A DNA stretch of 63,140 nt, the filler included, from Reticulomyxa filosa (lineage: Eukaryota > Protista > Foraminifera): assembly GCA_000512085.1 (NCBI GenBank). It is 20 parts of 20 records of this genome, joined end to end, with 100 filler letters (N's around TTAATTAATTAA, not from the genome) between each part and the next. Parts side by side here need not be neighbours in the genome. Positions count along the whole stretch, not along the records: positions 11,778 to 16,749 come from ASPP01024450.1; positions 16,850 to 21,917 come from ASPP01018521.1; positions 22,018 to 26,825 come from ASPP01027068.1; 17 more parts are not named here. One strand, 5' to 3'. The number at the start of each line of letters is the position of its first letter. Positions within the stretch are counted from its first letter, which is position 1. Positions 11,880 to 25,600 of this stretch are shown here, piece after piece. Under the pieces are notes generated by a model, which worked only from the letters and a program-made list of their open reading frames with translations, made no database searches and was not told the origin of the DNA. The position numbers were made by a program, and so were the translations under genes.

Positions 11880-13351
11880 CAGAGTATTTTCGAATTGAAT
11901 CTATGATGACAATTTTGAATCAGTTGGTCACCAAGCAAAAGCAAATTCAAAATAATGAAAAGTTGATGGTTTGATTGTAATAAACATGTTTCATATTTTC
12001 TGTTTTATGCTTTTCTCCTCTGTATCTAACTGTGCGATATAATATTTGACGTGCCGAATGCTTTCCATTGGAAATAGGTCATTCATCATGATATCATGGT
12101 AACTGCAGAAAAATTAAACCCGCAGCAGGAATTGGAAAAATTTGTCCATTTTTGGTTGGTTTGTTTTTGTTTTTCAAACATTGTCTCCTCTCTCTCTCTC
12201 TCTCTCTTACTAACGTTATCATATTATATATGATGCTTGCTGTTTTTGGCAATAACTATTTGCAGCATTGAAAAGCACGGGAAATACGCACCGATGGAAG
12301 AACAAAAAGTAACACTGGATTTGGAATACCGAGATGTGTTTTTATCGATCGAAGATGCGATGGCTGTGACCAAAGAAATGGATGCCAATGCGACCATTCC
12401 TTACATTGTTCCTCTGTTGTGCGACAAGGTAAAAGAATTTGATGGCTTCCAAACTGAAGGAATATTTCGAAAATCAGCCAATATCTTGGACGTTAGAAAA
12501 TTGAAAAACAAAGTTGAGCCAAGGCAATATATGCATATATTCCTTTCTCTTTCTTACACAATGGGTCATATTTGTATAATGCACCACTGATAAGTTTCAC
12601 AAGTGTAACACCCAATACACTCATAATACAGATACGTATACATATGCAATGTAAAAAAAAATATGTGTATACGTAACTATATACATACGATTGTGTTTAC
12701 TTATTATTGATTTTGTTTTTTTTTTTGTCAATAATGGTATTTAGCTACGGGTAAAAGATTTTACGTTTGATGACCCAAGTGTGCACATTTTTGCGAATTG
12801 CTTGAAAGATTGGCTTCGGTCGCTTGAAGGTTTTATTTCTTTCTCTATATTTGCTTTTTGAATTGTGTTTCATATCCGATACTCATTTTCTTTTCAGAAA
12901 GACAACAGAAAAGAGAATGAAAAGTGAAACAACTCGGATAATAATAATAACTGTGTTGATGAATAGATCCTTTGATTCCAGAATTGTATTATGATTTTTG
13001 CGTGGACATGGCAAAAAAAGGTAAACTTGACAAAGGTCAATTTGAAGTGTTTTTCTCTCAGCTTCCTGCTGTCAACAGAGAAACGTTGAAATATTTAGTC
13101 AATTTTTTAAGAGAGTTGATACGACCGGAATGTGTCAAGGTTACCCTAATGGGATTAGATAATCTTGCTGTCATTTTTGGACCCACTCTTTTGCGTACTG
13201 AGACTTTGGTATGTTCTCTGTAAATTATTTCCTCTTTCCTCATTCTAGCATCACTACTAACCGTGCACAACACAAACAGGATCCAACAACTGCGTTGATA
13301 AATGCTCAAGCTGAAAAACAGTTTGTTATTGCTCTAATTGAAAAGTCATAG
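11880..13351 (+). CDS. RhoGAP domain protein, 5'-partial, multi-exon
   Basis: Arginine-finger motif QTEGIFRKSA; VHIFANCLKDWLRSL; LPAVNRETLKYLVNFL; LMGLDNLAVIFGPTLLR. Stop TAG 13349-13351. 5' boundary approximate. Confidence 0.85.
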
Positions 13352-14046
13352 CTATATTAGAATTCTTTTGGTTGTTTTTTTCCGTCATATATTTTTTCCT
13401 TCATTTTGTAAACAATTTGTTTGTTTTCTCTCTCAGCATGCTTGTTTGATTCATTTTGCATGCCTCATGCAAGTTTGATTTGTAATTCATTAATAAAGGA
13501 CAGTGTATTTGCGAATAAATTCATTACTTCTTGTGTCTAATCAGTTTATATTATCGCACACATTTCTTATAATATTTTTTTTTAAGTGTAAAGAGGAACA
13601 TTATAAGTTGCAATTTATCCAAACTTTAATACACAGATTTCGTATATCCACAATAGAATATCATTTCATTCATCCATGATTTGTGAATCATCGATGTGAT
13701 CTTTTATTATTATTTCTTTGTAAAGCGTAGTTCTTTTTTTCTTCAAAAACAATTTCTTTGACCTGATTGTCTTTTGAATGGAAATGTCATGGTTGATGGA
13801 ATTAAGAAAAGCGTAATTATTTTGTTAAGCAATAGAAACGAAAGGTGATCAAAAATTTAAAGTAGAGATTTAAAGCCGTACATTGATTATATTTTAAAAA
13901 GTTACTTTGATTTATTTGTTAAAAAGCAAAAATGAATGCTCATAAATTAAGTACTCTTTTCTCAAAATTTGGAATAGTACAAGTTTTCTAACTTTTTTTT
14001 GTCATGAAAAAAAACAAACTTTTTCTCCAGGGCTTTTTTGAAAGAA

Positions 14047-14796
14047 ATGACTCTGTACATCATCCGTGGAGCAGGTTTTGGTGGTGATTATATTCATAAA
14101 ATCATCTGGTCATTGTTTTGTCTGCTAGCAGGATTAACTTCAACATCAAGAGAGTATTTAGAGATATTTCTGTTTACAAGTGGGATATGGAGTATCTTTG
14201 AAGTGCTAGCCTGGACAACTGGAATGCGTGGTGGGGAAGTGATTAAACCCAATTTGATGGGACTAACACTACATCCACTGATAGCAGCGTTCCTTCGTGG
14301 TTTGAGTGAAGGTGGTGGATTTACATTGATCCATTTGCTCTTTGTGGATTGCTACATCATTGAATCAAAACAATGTACGACATGGGTGCATTGGAGTTGG
14401 ATTGGAATGAATATTGCATTATTTGGTGTCGATGTAATTGCAAGTATCTATTATCCGAATTCGATATCCTCGGTGCGAGACATGACAGCACCAGCATCCT
14501 TTCGATTTGTTTGCTTCCTTGTCATCCTTGGAGGTCTTGTAACATATACCTTGCCTAAATATCAAGCACTCCGAATTTGGAATTGTGTAGTGCCCACCAC
14601 TTGGATTTTTGGAGTGGGATGGAACGCTCTACTTTATTTCTTGGGCGCCCGCTGGGTGTCAAACAAAAAAGATGGGCTCTCCAAGGCTCCACCCTTGCAA
14701 CAGATCGCCGGTCTATTTTTCGATGGGTTTTTTGAAGTATCTGCCGTTTATGCTAGTCTTATTGCTTTATATTTTGCATCCACTCAATTTTTTTGA
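14047..14796 (+). CDS. Intronless multi-pass membrane protein of unknown function
   Basis: Intact 249-aa ORF from ATG 14047, more GC-rich than its flanks, with about seven hydrophobic segments. Confidence 0.75.
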   Translation: MTLYIIRGAGFGGDYIHKIIWSLFCLLAGLTSTSREYLEIFLFTSGIWSIFEVLAWTTGMRGGEVIKPNLMGLTLHPLIAAFLRGLSEGGGFTLIHLLFVDCYIIESKQCTTWVHWSWIGMNIALFGVDVIASIYYPNSISSVRDMTAPASFRFVCFLVILGGLVTYTLPKYQALRIWNCVVPTTWIFGVGWNALLYFLGARWVSNKKDGLSKAPPLQQIAGLFFDGFFEVSAVYASLIALYFASTQFF

Positions 14797-16849
14797 CGCT
14801 TTCGTGATATCCAAAATATGTGGTCTTTGTAAACTGTTTTTTGTTAGCCGATGTTATTATCTTCAAAAATATCTAATCTTAAAGCAACCCAATTTATATA
14901 TTTTTTAAAAATTTTCAAAAACGTATTTTAAGAAAATTCATTTTTAAGAAAAATTTACTGAGAAGACGTTGATGTTTAAATAATATGAAAAGTAATATTT
15001 AAAAAAATGAAATAACAATAAATTGGACAATCATGTAATTAACAAAAAAATAGTATATATTTTCAAAAGAGTTTGAATGAAATGTGATTTTTCACCATTT
15101 TGTTACAAAATACTTTTGTCAATAATTCTTAAAAGTAATATAAGCAATTAAAGATTTTCAATTATTATACAATAAAAAATTTGAATAAAGCAAGAAATAA
15201 GATAAAGCTAAAACAAATACTTTCAATACTGACAATTTTTTTGTGATATGATTAAATCAAAATTTTTTTAAGTTCAAAAAATTCATTTTTTTAACTAGTT
15301 AGTATTTAAATGAAATGATCGCCAGATGTCAGCATTCCAGTTGCTGTTCGTATGGCGGAGCAATCTTAGTTTAAAGTTTAAGTATAGTTACGTTGTTGTG
15401 TCATATCAATTTTAATAATAGTAACAAGTATTCAATTATTTGTATTACATTGTTAGCGATATTTTTTGGTTTAATCATATTAGAGGATCCACTAACAATT
15501 TAATGATATATTTTTTTATTAATACTTTTTTTTAGAAATGATAGCTTTTGTCAGTGAAAACATGATTTCAAACAATTTTTCAAATATCACAACAACTTTT
15601 AAATGTCAATAAGTTTTCGATATTTATAAAATTTATTTAAAAAAAGCGAATTCGATCACTTACAGGATTAATATAAGAAATTGTTTTTTAAATTTACTTT
15701 GCAAGAGTTGTTTTTTATTTTGTTTTCTAAACTACTTTCAACATAAGCAGTTATATCTTTGTTCTTTTTACAGATCAATCGGTTTTATCGAGCATTTTGG
15801 ATTTCAACAATCACAATTGACATATTTCTATCACTTTGATCCAACTGTTTTATCAAAATATCTTCTTTAATCAATGCCTTCATTTCAGCTTCATATTTTC
15901 CTGTCTTTGTTCTGTGTTTTTTAAAAGCTGAGTGAAAATTGTTGCACTTTTTTTGGCTTTTTCTTAATACCCAGATTGAAAGAATTTTTTGGAACGTATC
16001 CTGATTTTTTGTCTGATGTGCTATATTGGCTACCCTTTGTAGAGATATGAAAAAAGTAACATTTTTTTTTTGTATTTGCATCGCATATTGTAGGAGATCG
16101 ATTGTTTTAGTAAGTTTAGAAGCATTTTAAGAGTTTCTTTTAATCGTAGCGAATGACGAACCTTGATAAAAATATCATGTGTTATAAAAATACTGCTGTT
16201 GAGCTTTTTTGAATACAAACAAAAAAACACTGCACATTATATCTGTGGTGCTCTTAATTTAACATTGTTCATGACCAGATATTCAATATTAACACAGCTA
16301 TTAATAATGTGAATAGCATACAAGGCTGATTAATGATACTGAACACCACACGCTAAATAGTTTAGTTCGTAGCTAAAAAAACTGTAGAATTGAGAAAAAG
16401 ATAAAAGAAGATCAATTGGTGAGAGTTTTTTTTTTTGGATGTACAAAAGCTTACCATCAAAAACTAGATCACGAGTACTGAACAAAGTCACCAATCGGAC
16501 AACAGAATGAAAGAACACCGTCCATATCCTCAAAAAAGTCGACAATGTTTTCCTGTTGTTTGGACCAAGCATCTGCAAGAAGCTCCAAGCTGAAAAAGAG
16601 CTCAAGAAAAATGTGGACAGGAAAATAGTGACGACAAAAATGAGAAAGAAAAAACACCCACAAAAAAGACCAAAAAAAAGGAGTAATAAAAAAAATAGAA
16701 GTTAAGGACACAAAGAAGTTTTTCTGAACGAACAACCAAAGTGAACAAANNNNNNNNNNNNNNNNNNNNNNNNNNNNNNNNNNNNNNNNNNNNTTAATTA
16801 ATTAANNNNNNNNNNNNNNNNNNNNNNNNNNNNNNNNNNNNNNNNNNNN

Positions 16850-19800
16850 CATTGTCCAATAACAGGCAAATATTTCACACTCCAAAGTTCATCTTTGGCG
16901 CACATCACATGATATAGTAATGGATGTTTACTTTTCAATGAAGGTTCTGTCATAAACCTCTGAGCTAAATCATCAAAGGATACTTTATGGATGGCCAAAA
17001 ACAAATTTGGGACATACTGTTCGCGAATTGCTTTTGTTTCTTCGATTTCAGAGATAATCTCTTTCAAATCTTTCTCTTCATCTACAGTAATTTTGCTACA
17101 TTTGTTCAATTCATTGAATTGTCCAGCTTGTCTAAAAAACCCGCAATAATTACTTTCAAATTTACTTTCAAAATTATATGTGATGGTAAGATCTGTTCCA
17201 TTCAATCCATTTGGGTACCACTGATTGAATTTTTGTGGTAAGTCATTCAATAGTTGGTGCAATGCCACAGATAAAATCTCATCATTCAAGCGTGTAATCT
17301 GTCCTAACAACCGGAAATAACCAATTGCTTGTTTCTGCAAAAACTTGGTCACCTCTGCTGCATCTGTTTTTTGTAACAATTTTTGGAGCTGCTTGCACCC
17401 TTCTGGAACAGCTGCATTTCTGATCAACAATGCCAAATGAATCAATAAACGTATCAAGGTACAAGGCACCTCAGTGATTTTTCTAATTTGCGTATTAGCC
17501 TCGTACCTCCAAAACGAATCACCCACTGACAATTCTTCGTCTGATCCATCCAAAATGTATCCTTTGGGTATTTCTAATTGTTTCAGTCCTGTATTCTGAC
17601 TTGCGTGAGTTGTATCACCAATTTCTTTACCACACCCATCAGCCGCACAAATTATCTTTTCCGTTGGATGCCCACATCCACTAATGATGAATGGATGCAT
17701 ATTTGGACAATAACGAACCGTGAATGTATCTCCATCCCTTTTTCCTGTTTTCATTACACGAATTATATTCATCAGCAAATTTTCCGGCATAGCTGGGAGA
17801 TAGCCATTTACATACTCTTCAGGATTTAAAATCAACACTCGAAATGGATTTTCTGTTTTTTTAAAAATACAAAAATAAAATTTGTAAGATCCTGCACAAT
17901 TATCTCAAAAAATGGAACTGTAACTATGCATCATTTGAAGCGTGCCCAGAAAATGAAAACACAATCTTGAAATGAAGGCATCAGAAGTGCCACTATCGTA
18001 AGTCAGTCTTAGACTAGAGGCAGTTGGGTCGAGTTCTTCACTTAATAACATCTTGACAAAGTTTTGTTCAACATCAGAATTCAAAACGTTGCATTGTAGT
18101 AAGTACTCTTTTACCTCTATGTCTTTTTTGTTACAATTTTTAACGTATATTAGCTGAAAAAGGAGGATGGGAAAATCTGATCTAAACAGAGACACCTAAC
18201 TTTTAGAATTTTTTCGAAGGTGGTGTTGTAGAGATTGAATAATGACAGAGCTGCACCTAACAATGGAATAAATCCTTTTTATTTCCACTGTATTGTATAT
18301 CTAGATTACCCGAACTAATTCTCTCTTTGAAATTGATATAATCATCTTTGTAAATTCCAATAAAGGGATCCGTAGAGGGACGATTAGATGGGAGACATTT
18401 GAATTTGGAAAATACATCACTCATTTGTGGATTTACAAAGATTGGATACTTTTCACGGATCGTTTCATTTGTGAAAAGCATTTGTGTCCAACCCATGCCC
18501 TTAGCAATATAGAATTGCTTCAGGAACCATATATGCAAACTGCGCTGATAACATTTGTTGGATTGGTCAAAGTGTGTTAAAAATTGCGACGCTTGACTTA
18601 TCATCACGTCCAACTCTTGATTATCCTTCATTTCTGACATTTTAAGTGTTTTGGTAATAGATAAAATGGAATCAATACATTGAAACAACTTTGCCTTCAC
18701 ATTTGAAATATTAGCAATGTCTTGATTTAGTCCCTTGTACTCGAAATTTGGTGTATCCATATAAATGCGTTCTAATATGCGATTTAATAGGACAGCCTCA
18801 TGTGTATCCAATGCAAATGTCTCATTGTCCCATTGATTCTGAACCAATTCCTCAAGGATTTGCAAGCGAATCTTATCCGTTACATTTTGTACACCTGGAG
18901 TTAAGTCATGTGCTTTGTGAAATATGTCAGTTATTACAGAGCAATATACTGTTTTTTTATTTGGAGTGTCAAGCTTTTCAAGCTTTTTTACTGTTGTTAG
19001 TACATCTCGAACGAAATGTGGCCGTTTGTCCAAAGCGAGATTTCCTTCTTTAAGCACACGCTCCAAAATGGTTGCTATTGTTCTCTCGTCATTCAACCAT
19101 CCATCCTCTGATGACGACATGACATCAAAAAGTACATTGCTCAGCTCCATTTTATCAATAATTTGCCTTTCAAAATGTTTTGCTCCAAGGATTTGCATTT
19201 GTACTCGCCGACACATGGCCAATATTGTCTCATATTCTTTACAATCGCCGTACCAGTCTTTTGCAAATTGTGCGATTGTTGGAATTGCACCTTCAATTGC
19301 CTCCAAACCTCTGACAATGTCGCTCCATTTATTTTCTGCAATCAATAATTTCACACAAAAGAAGGGTAAGACTCTAAGAAAGTTTTTTACAGAGAAACAA
19401 AACACAAAGACAAACCAGGTGAAAAAGAGATAAAGTGTTTCAACAACAAGCGAATGGAGCCACTCAGTCTTGTGCTTTCATTTTCATCTTTCAATAATCT
19501 GTGCAATTCCAAAATAATGTCAGTATCGTCTTGGCAAAGCTTTAATAGCTCCACATATTTTGCAAAAAAATCAGGCAAAAGATATAAGATGGATTCAATC
19601 ATTGCAACTGACACTTTCCAACTGAGCATTGAATCATGCAGAACATAACATCTACAATAACTTCAGCCTTGCATTGTTGCTTCAGATTGTATTTAGCTGC
19701 AATGACATCCATAAAGTACATTTGGCAATGTTCAACATCGCATATATTCAAACATTTCAATGCACTTTCGCTTCCATTCATTACCACCTTCAACAAATTG

Positions 19801-21917
19801 AAACATTGAAGCACTTTTTGGTGGCTTTCTAATCTAACCTTATTTTCGTCTTGATTGTTATCAGTATTTTCATGTTGATATTCATATTCATATTTATTTT
19901 CATTCTCATATTCACCTTCATTCTCATATTTACCTTCATATTCATCCTCATGTACATTCTCATTTTCACTTTTCTTTTCGTCTTCATTCTCATGAATAAT
20001 TGCATTTGATTTTTCGGCAAGGTATTGAGAGACAATATTGGTTAATTTGGTATGACAACAATTATGCAGTACGTGGCTCCATGGGAACATGGCCTCATAT
20101 TGGACACTAACAGCACGTAGATCGGGTTCAATGCTCACTAATCTCTGCATCACCTCTGTTAAGCGAGGAATTGTTATCATTGAATTATCTTTCACAACTT
20201 CCACAAATAATTTTGGCAAATGTTTGTAATTATTTTCGACTGCATTAAAAAATACCTTTTTTTTTTTTGTATACATTATACGTAATGATTTTACACCTTT
20301 TCTTATGCACTTAAAAAAAAAAAAAAAAAAAGAATTAACTTGGAAATAACAATTTTCATAAAACGCTGACAAAATATTCATGCAAGCCATCACCAATAAT
20401 CTGTCGATAATATTTTCATATCTTTCAAAAAAGGAACAACCTAATGATAATGTGTCTACGTTGCCAGGATTTTTGATTTCTTTTTTATTTAAAATGCGCG
20501 CAATTGGCTCAGACACTATACCTTTTTCTCCGAGTAATTGTCCCAGCTTTGAAATAATTTCTTTTCTGCATTCTTCAATCTCAATTGGTCCTTCAAATAA
20601 AGTTGACAGTCTTTGTATATCACCACCTCCATTTTTATGGGTAGGGAACTGGAGCCGTGCAAATGCTCGCCGAAGCGCATTTCGCAACCGGTTATTTGAT
20701 ACATCATGTGCAAGCACGTCTGACACTCTCTGTGAAAGAAGAGTTTTCAACTGTACTGACTCCATCGAACTTAAGTTATCAACATAGGTGAATTTCCACT
20801 TTCTTGAGAAAAGAAGTGGAAAAGGGTCTTTGAAAATCGGTGGTTTCATGTGCACAAGCAAAACGATTAATCGTTGCTTCACTTCTTTGTTTTCTTTTTT
20901 TTCTTCTTCGTTTTCTTTTTTTTCTTCTTCTTTGTTTTCTTTGTTTTCTTCTTCTTTATTATCTTTTTTTTCATCTTTTCCTTCTCCGTTGCAACAATAG
21001 TATCGATAATGCGCGTGTTCCAACGTGGTTTGATATGCATGAAATGGTTGAAGTTTTTAGGGTCATGCACGTACTGCAAAATCAGTAGATCTTGAGTTGT
21101 ATTATCCGAGCTGAAGAAATGATGAATGGTTTGTTCAAAGTCGCTCGATTTTTTGAATGATGCAATTTTTTTTGTTGCGTAATTCCATCGATCTGGTAAA
21201 TTGCACTCAAAGTCACCAGTAAGTATTAATGCCATTTGTTTGTTCGATTCCATTTGTTGCAGCTCAATGACGTTTCCAAAGGAAGGAAATTCTTTTTGTC
21301 CAGCTTTTTCATGGTCGAATTTGTCTCCTTGACCAATAGCAATTTCGAGCATGGTTTCTGGATTGCATAAATATTTGAATAAATCCACAACTGCATCTGC
21401 AGTTGCCTCATCAAGTTCTGGCTTGTTTGGGTCAAAGGCATTGAGCAATTTTTGTTCTTTTTTTTCTGCTAAAATGTTAAACAACGCCGAAGGTATGGTG
21501 TCATCATTAAATCCACAAAATAATTTCTCCAATTGTTTGGAAGTCGCTCCAAACATTTGAGTTAGCCTATCTTCTATTTTTGATATCCATGGCTCCGTTT
21601 CATGGGATAGCGAAGTACATTATGATATCAATTGTTTTTCAAAGCGATTTAAAAATGCAATTGGCATCTCAGGTGCGTATACTATATTTTTATTCACAAT
21701 CACGATGCACCTGAACTCGTCCTTTACAAAGCAATCTTGCTCTCGCTTCCTAGAGCCACTCGATAATATACACATTATACACATAAATAGATTGTCGTTT
21801 TTTTTAGTTTTTACCAGATGGTTTTTTTTGATATCTTTGATTAAGTATATCACATAAATTGAATCCAACTTATACAAAATGACTCTTTTCCCAGTGTCCA
21901 TACAATTAATAACTTTG
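16850..21917 (-). CDS. RNF213: RNF213 (mysterin)-like giant AAA+ ATPase / RZ-finger E3 ligase, internal fragment with introns and apparent frameshifts
   Basis: DTGKRVILYKLDSIY...FRCIVIVNK...MPIAFLNRFEKQLI resembles the RNF213 second AAA module. RZ finger CPNMHPFIISGCGHP...CAADGCGKEIGDTTH at ~17605-17709. In-frame 84-bp intron 20256-20339. Frameshifts near 21025 and 19620 are sequencing errors or pseudogenisation. Confidence 0.8.
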
Positions 21918-23267
21918 NNNNNNNNNNNNNNNNNNNNNNNNNNNNNNNNNNNNNNNNNNNNTTAATTAATTAANNNNNNNNNNNNNNNNNNNNNNNNNNN
22001 NNNNNNNNNNNNNNNNNGGGGCCCTACCCCATTTTCTTTTTCTTTTGTTGAAGGATGCACAACATCCAAACAAAAAAACCATTTTTTTTTCAAAGTGGAT
22101 AGCTGTTGAAACAAACCACTTTTCTTTAAGTTGAAAATTATAAAACAAAAACAAAAAGAAATACCAGTGAAAGATGGTGTAATCACACTAATTGCGAGCT
22201 GGTACTGTAGAGACAACTAAAAAAAAAGACCTTTTTTTCATTAAGACGTAAACTCACAACTTATAAATGTTTATGTAAATTTGCAATTTTGGAATATTTT
22301 CACATTTTTTACAAAAAATTTGAAAAAATAATTGTTAAAATTTTTGTATAGTATTTTTATAATTGTGATTCCAAAAAATGGATTAATTTCAAAAAATTGA
22401 AAATCAAATTTTTTTTTAATAATTAATTATTTTTCCTTGAGCAACTTTTTTCTTTTTAAGAGAAAAAGTTGTCCATTTTCAGAAAAAATTCTCTTGGGCA
22501 TTACGACGCGGTTTTAGCTCTTTTCTCTTCAAACAACCTAACAATCCAACGTAGATAACATGAATAGTTCCTTCACCAATGTATTCCTCTGCAAAAGAAA
22601 GAAAACAGTCAGTGTAAATACTATCCGAAAAAGCTGTCGTCACGATCCGAACAAATACGCTTGCCTATTGTGGTCTCTCCTGACATTGGTAACATTCAGT
22701 TTGACGTGTACATCTAATTTTCACAATCAAAGCGAAGATAATAATTTTTTTGTTGTTTGTTTCGAAAGTGAATAATACTCGAAATTATTAATAAATAAAT
22801 CGGATATTTGATCATACGCCCTTCACAATCAAACATAAGTATACAATACTATCTTTTTGTTCATTGATCGAAATGAAGGTTGTAATAATCAGTACATAGA
22901 ATTACAAAAAAATCATAACAGTGGGGTCAATTGTTCAACGAAGTTTTTCAATGTTAATGTACGTATTAGCTAGTTTTTTTTATAAAAAACATGACCTAAT
23001 AAAAATTTTAGTTAAAAAAGTGCTAAAAAAAAACAAGCACATAGAATCTGTAACAGTGGAGAGAAACAACTTGATGGGCGTGGACAAAGTTTGCAATTGT
23101 TTAAAGTCAAGGTCTTTCAAAGATTTGCCGAACAAAGGGATCCCCTGAAAAAAAAGACAATGACACCACAATTGCAACTAGTGGTGGAAACACTACAATG
23201 ACGTTGGGTGTGCGTTAAGACTGCAGCATACTCTAAGAGAGAGGTGTTTTGAAACTGATAGGAGAAT

Positions 23268-24290
23268 CGATGACAACGATAACAAATTCTGAGAATTTTG
23301 CGCAACTGGACGAACAGAATGAAGACGACATTGTGACAAAAAGACACCACGAACAGACCCCTTCGCATATCTTTTCAAATGAATTTGTAAACAAAGCTGC
23401 ATTTGACCAAATCACAAAAAGCTATTCCAATACTTACAATCAACAACTCGCTGACTTTGACAACGACAGCACTCCTGTAGACAACAATGACGTGAACCAA
23501 CCATCGCTGATCTGGCAAGTGCAAAATTGTAAAAGGAATCACTATAATGGCCTATACTATTCAACAACTCGTGACTATGTTATTGGTGATCGAGTTGAAT
23601 TGACTAATAATAGAAAAGGTTTTTTTTTTTTAAACATACGTATACATATGTAAAAATGTACGTATACACACCACATGCCTATGTTATATTGTAATCCCTT
23701 TTTTTCCACTTTTTAGTTTATCGATTTTTGACAGCCTAAAACAAAAATAATCTGTTGACTTTTTGCAGGTGCGATTAAATACATTGGAAAAGTCCATTTT
23801 GAGGAAGATGACAGGTTCAGTATGAATTGGACGGATTCAACATCACCATCGATGGTGATAACTACTTTAGTGCCAAAGAGAGTCATGGTTTGTTTGCACA
23901 AGAGAGACAATTGTCAAAACAACTGGAGAATGGCAGTTACAATGAAGAAGTATCCTTCGAAGTAGGCTATTGTGCTTTGCTTAAAGACAAAACCACGAGT
24001 CAGTCTAAGCTTTTTTCCTTTTCATGTAAACATCTTATCAGTTGCAAATTTTATGATTCTATAATGATTTATTTACTTTTTGATGAATTGATAGTATTCA
24101 TTATGTTTCTCTTTGTCATAAATATTGGGAATATGTTGATCATTATATGTGTCGGCCAGCTCTTTGCTGTTAAGCAAGTCGACACTGCGATGTTTCTTCC
24201 GCAAAAATTTGAGCGGATAATGAATTGTTTTGAATCCGTCTTTGAATCCAGTCACGCATATGGTGCGATGTGTTTTCTTTGTACTATTTG
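23268..24290 (+). pseudogene. CAP-Gly domain protein, frameshifted
   Basis: YVIGDRVELTNNRKG, intron (~23619-23768), AIKYIGKVHFEE, then in another frame YELDG...IDGDNYFSAKESHGLF, matching the CAP-Gly consensus. Confidence 0.65.
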
Positions 24291-24639
24291 AAATTATTAT
24301 TAAAAAAATTACAATTTGGACAAAAACAATATTTGAAGCAAATATCAATACTTGTAATTGGATATACTATACATTTGGCATTCTTTGACTTTACTTCACC
24401 TTTTTTGCTGGCACCGCAACTATCATTTTTCAATGTTCTGTGGACATGTATTGTATTCGTTGAGACCTATGTTATATACGTATGTATCCATCATACTTGT
24501 TTTAAGTATTTTCAATCACATTGTACAAAAATATTATAACTTAGAACACAGGTTGCGCAGCTCACTACTTTCAATCAATTATGAGCACGTTACACGGATA
24601 TGGACCTTTTATTTTTTTTTTTTTTCAAATTATACGTTA

Positions 24640-25600
24640 TTCAAAGAATAATGCCATGATCCATGATCGACGCACACCGTTGCTATTACCATTATCATTA
24701 TTGATGGGGATGCACTTCAGCACCACTTGCCCATCTCCATTTGCACACCTCCAAATATCTATTTAAAAATTTCAAATAACTCACATATAAATAAATAATA
24801 AATATACGTTACAAAGATTTTATATATTATATATGTACACATAAAAAAAAAAACTTTTTCAAGCAATGGACCCAAGAACGAATTATAGCATCAGGTAACA
24901 GGAAAGAGACCTATGCATAAATGACCAACGAAATACTTTGAACTCTTGTGTTGTAATGAGCGCGTTGATCCCAATGATAATGCATCCATCAAGTATTCCG
25001 TTATTTGAGATAATTGAATTATGACTTGAAGGAAGCTATTATCATCGAAAGACCCTTCACCTAGAGCTATCATTTTTTTTGGATGACGATCTTGTCAATG
25101 GCAGGCAGTTACACTTTTCAAATCCGAGTGATTTGATTTTTGATAGCCGAACACTTCGTTCATATCCACAACAACGACGTCTTTGAGATGAGAAATGATA
25201 TAGGAGGGCTCGACTGCTGACATAAAGTATTGCCCACGTATCCACTCAGCAAGGTCCAGCCATCAATACGTTGCCAATATTCAAGCTTTAATTTTGATTT
25301 GCCAAATAATGGAGCGACTTTTTGAATAATCGATCCAATTATCTATCGACTGGCAAGACGTTGTGGCTTTTTTGAATGAATGGCGCAACAACATTAACTT
25401 TCATCCTTGCACATCAACAGCAGCACCCAAATATTGTGGAGCACAAAACGACAATCAATGCCTTGAAGTAATTGACAAATAAATAGAATAAACATGGACG
25501 GCGTTATCATTATCGTTGTGATCGTCATTGTTGGCACTGTGCTTGACATTGTCACACGCCGCCCAGTAGCTTCCATTGAGATGATTCACTATGAGAAATT
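24640..25600 (-). pseudogene. Degraded coding remnant, possibly CAP-Gly family
   Basis: Minus-strand fragments GGVQMEMGKW and NNDNGNSNGVRR...HGII loosely fit CAP-Gly; many stops. Confidence 0.3.
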
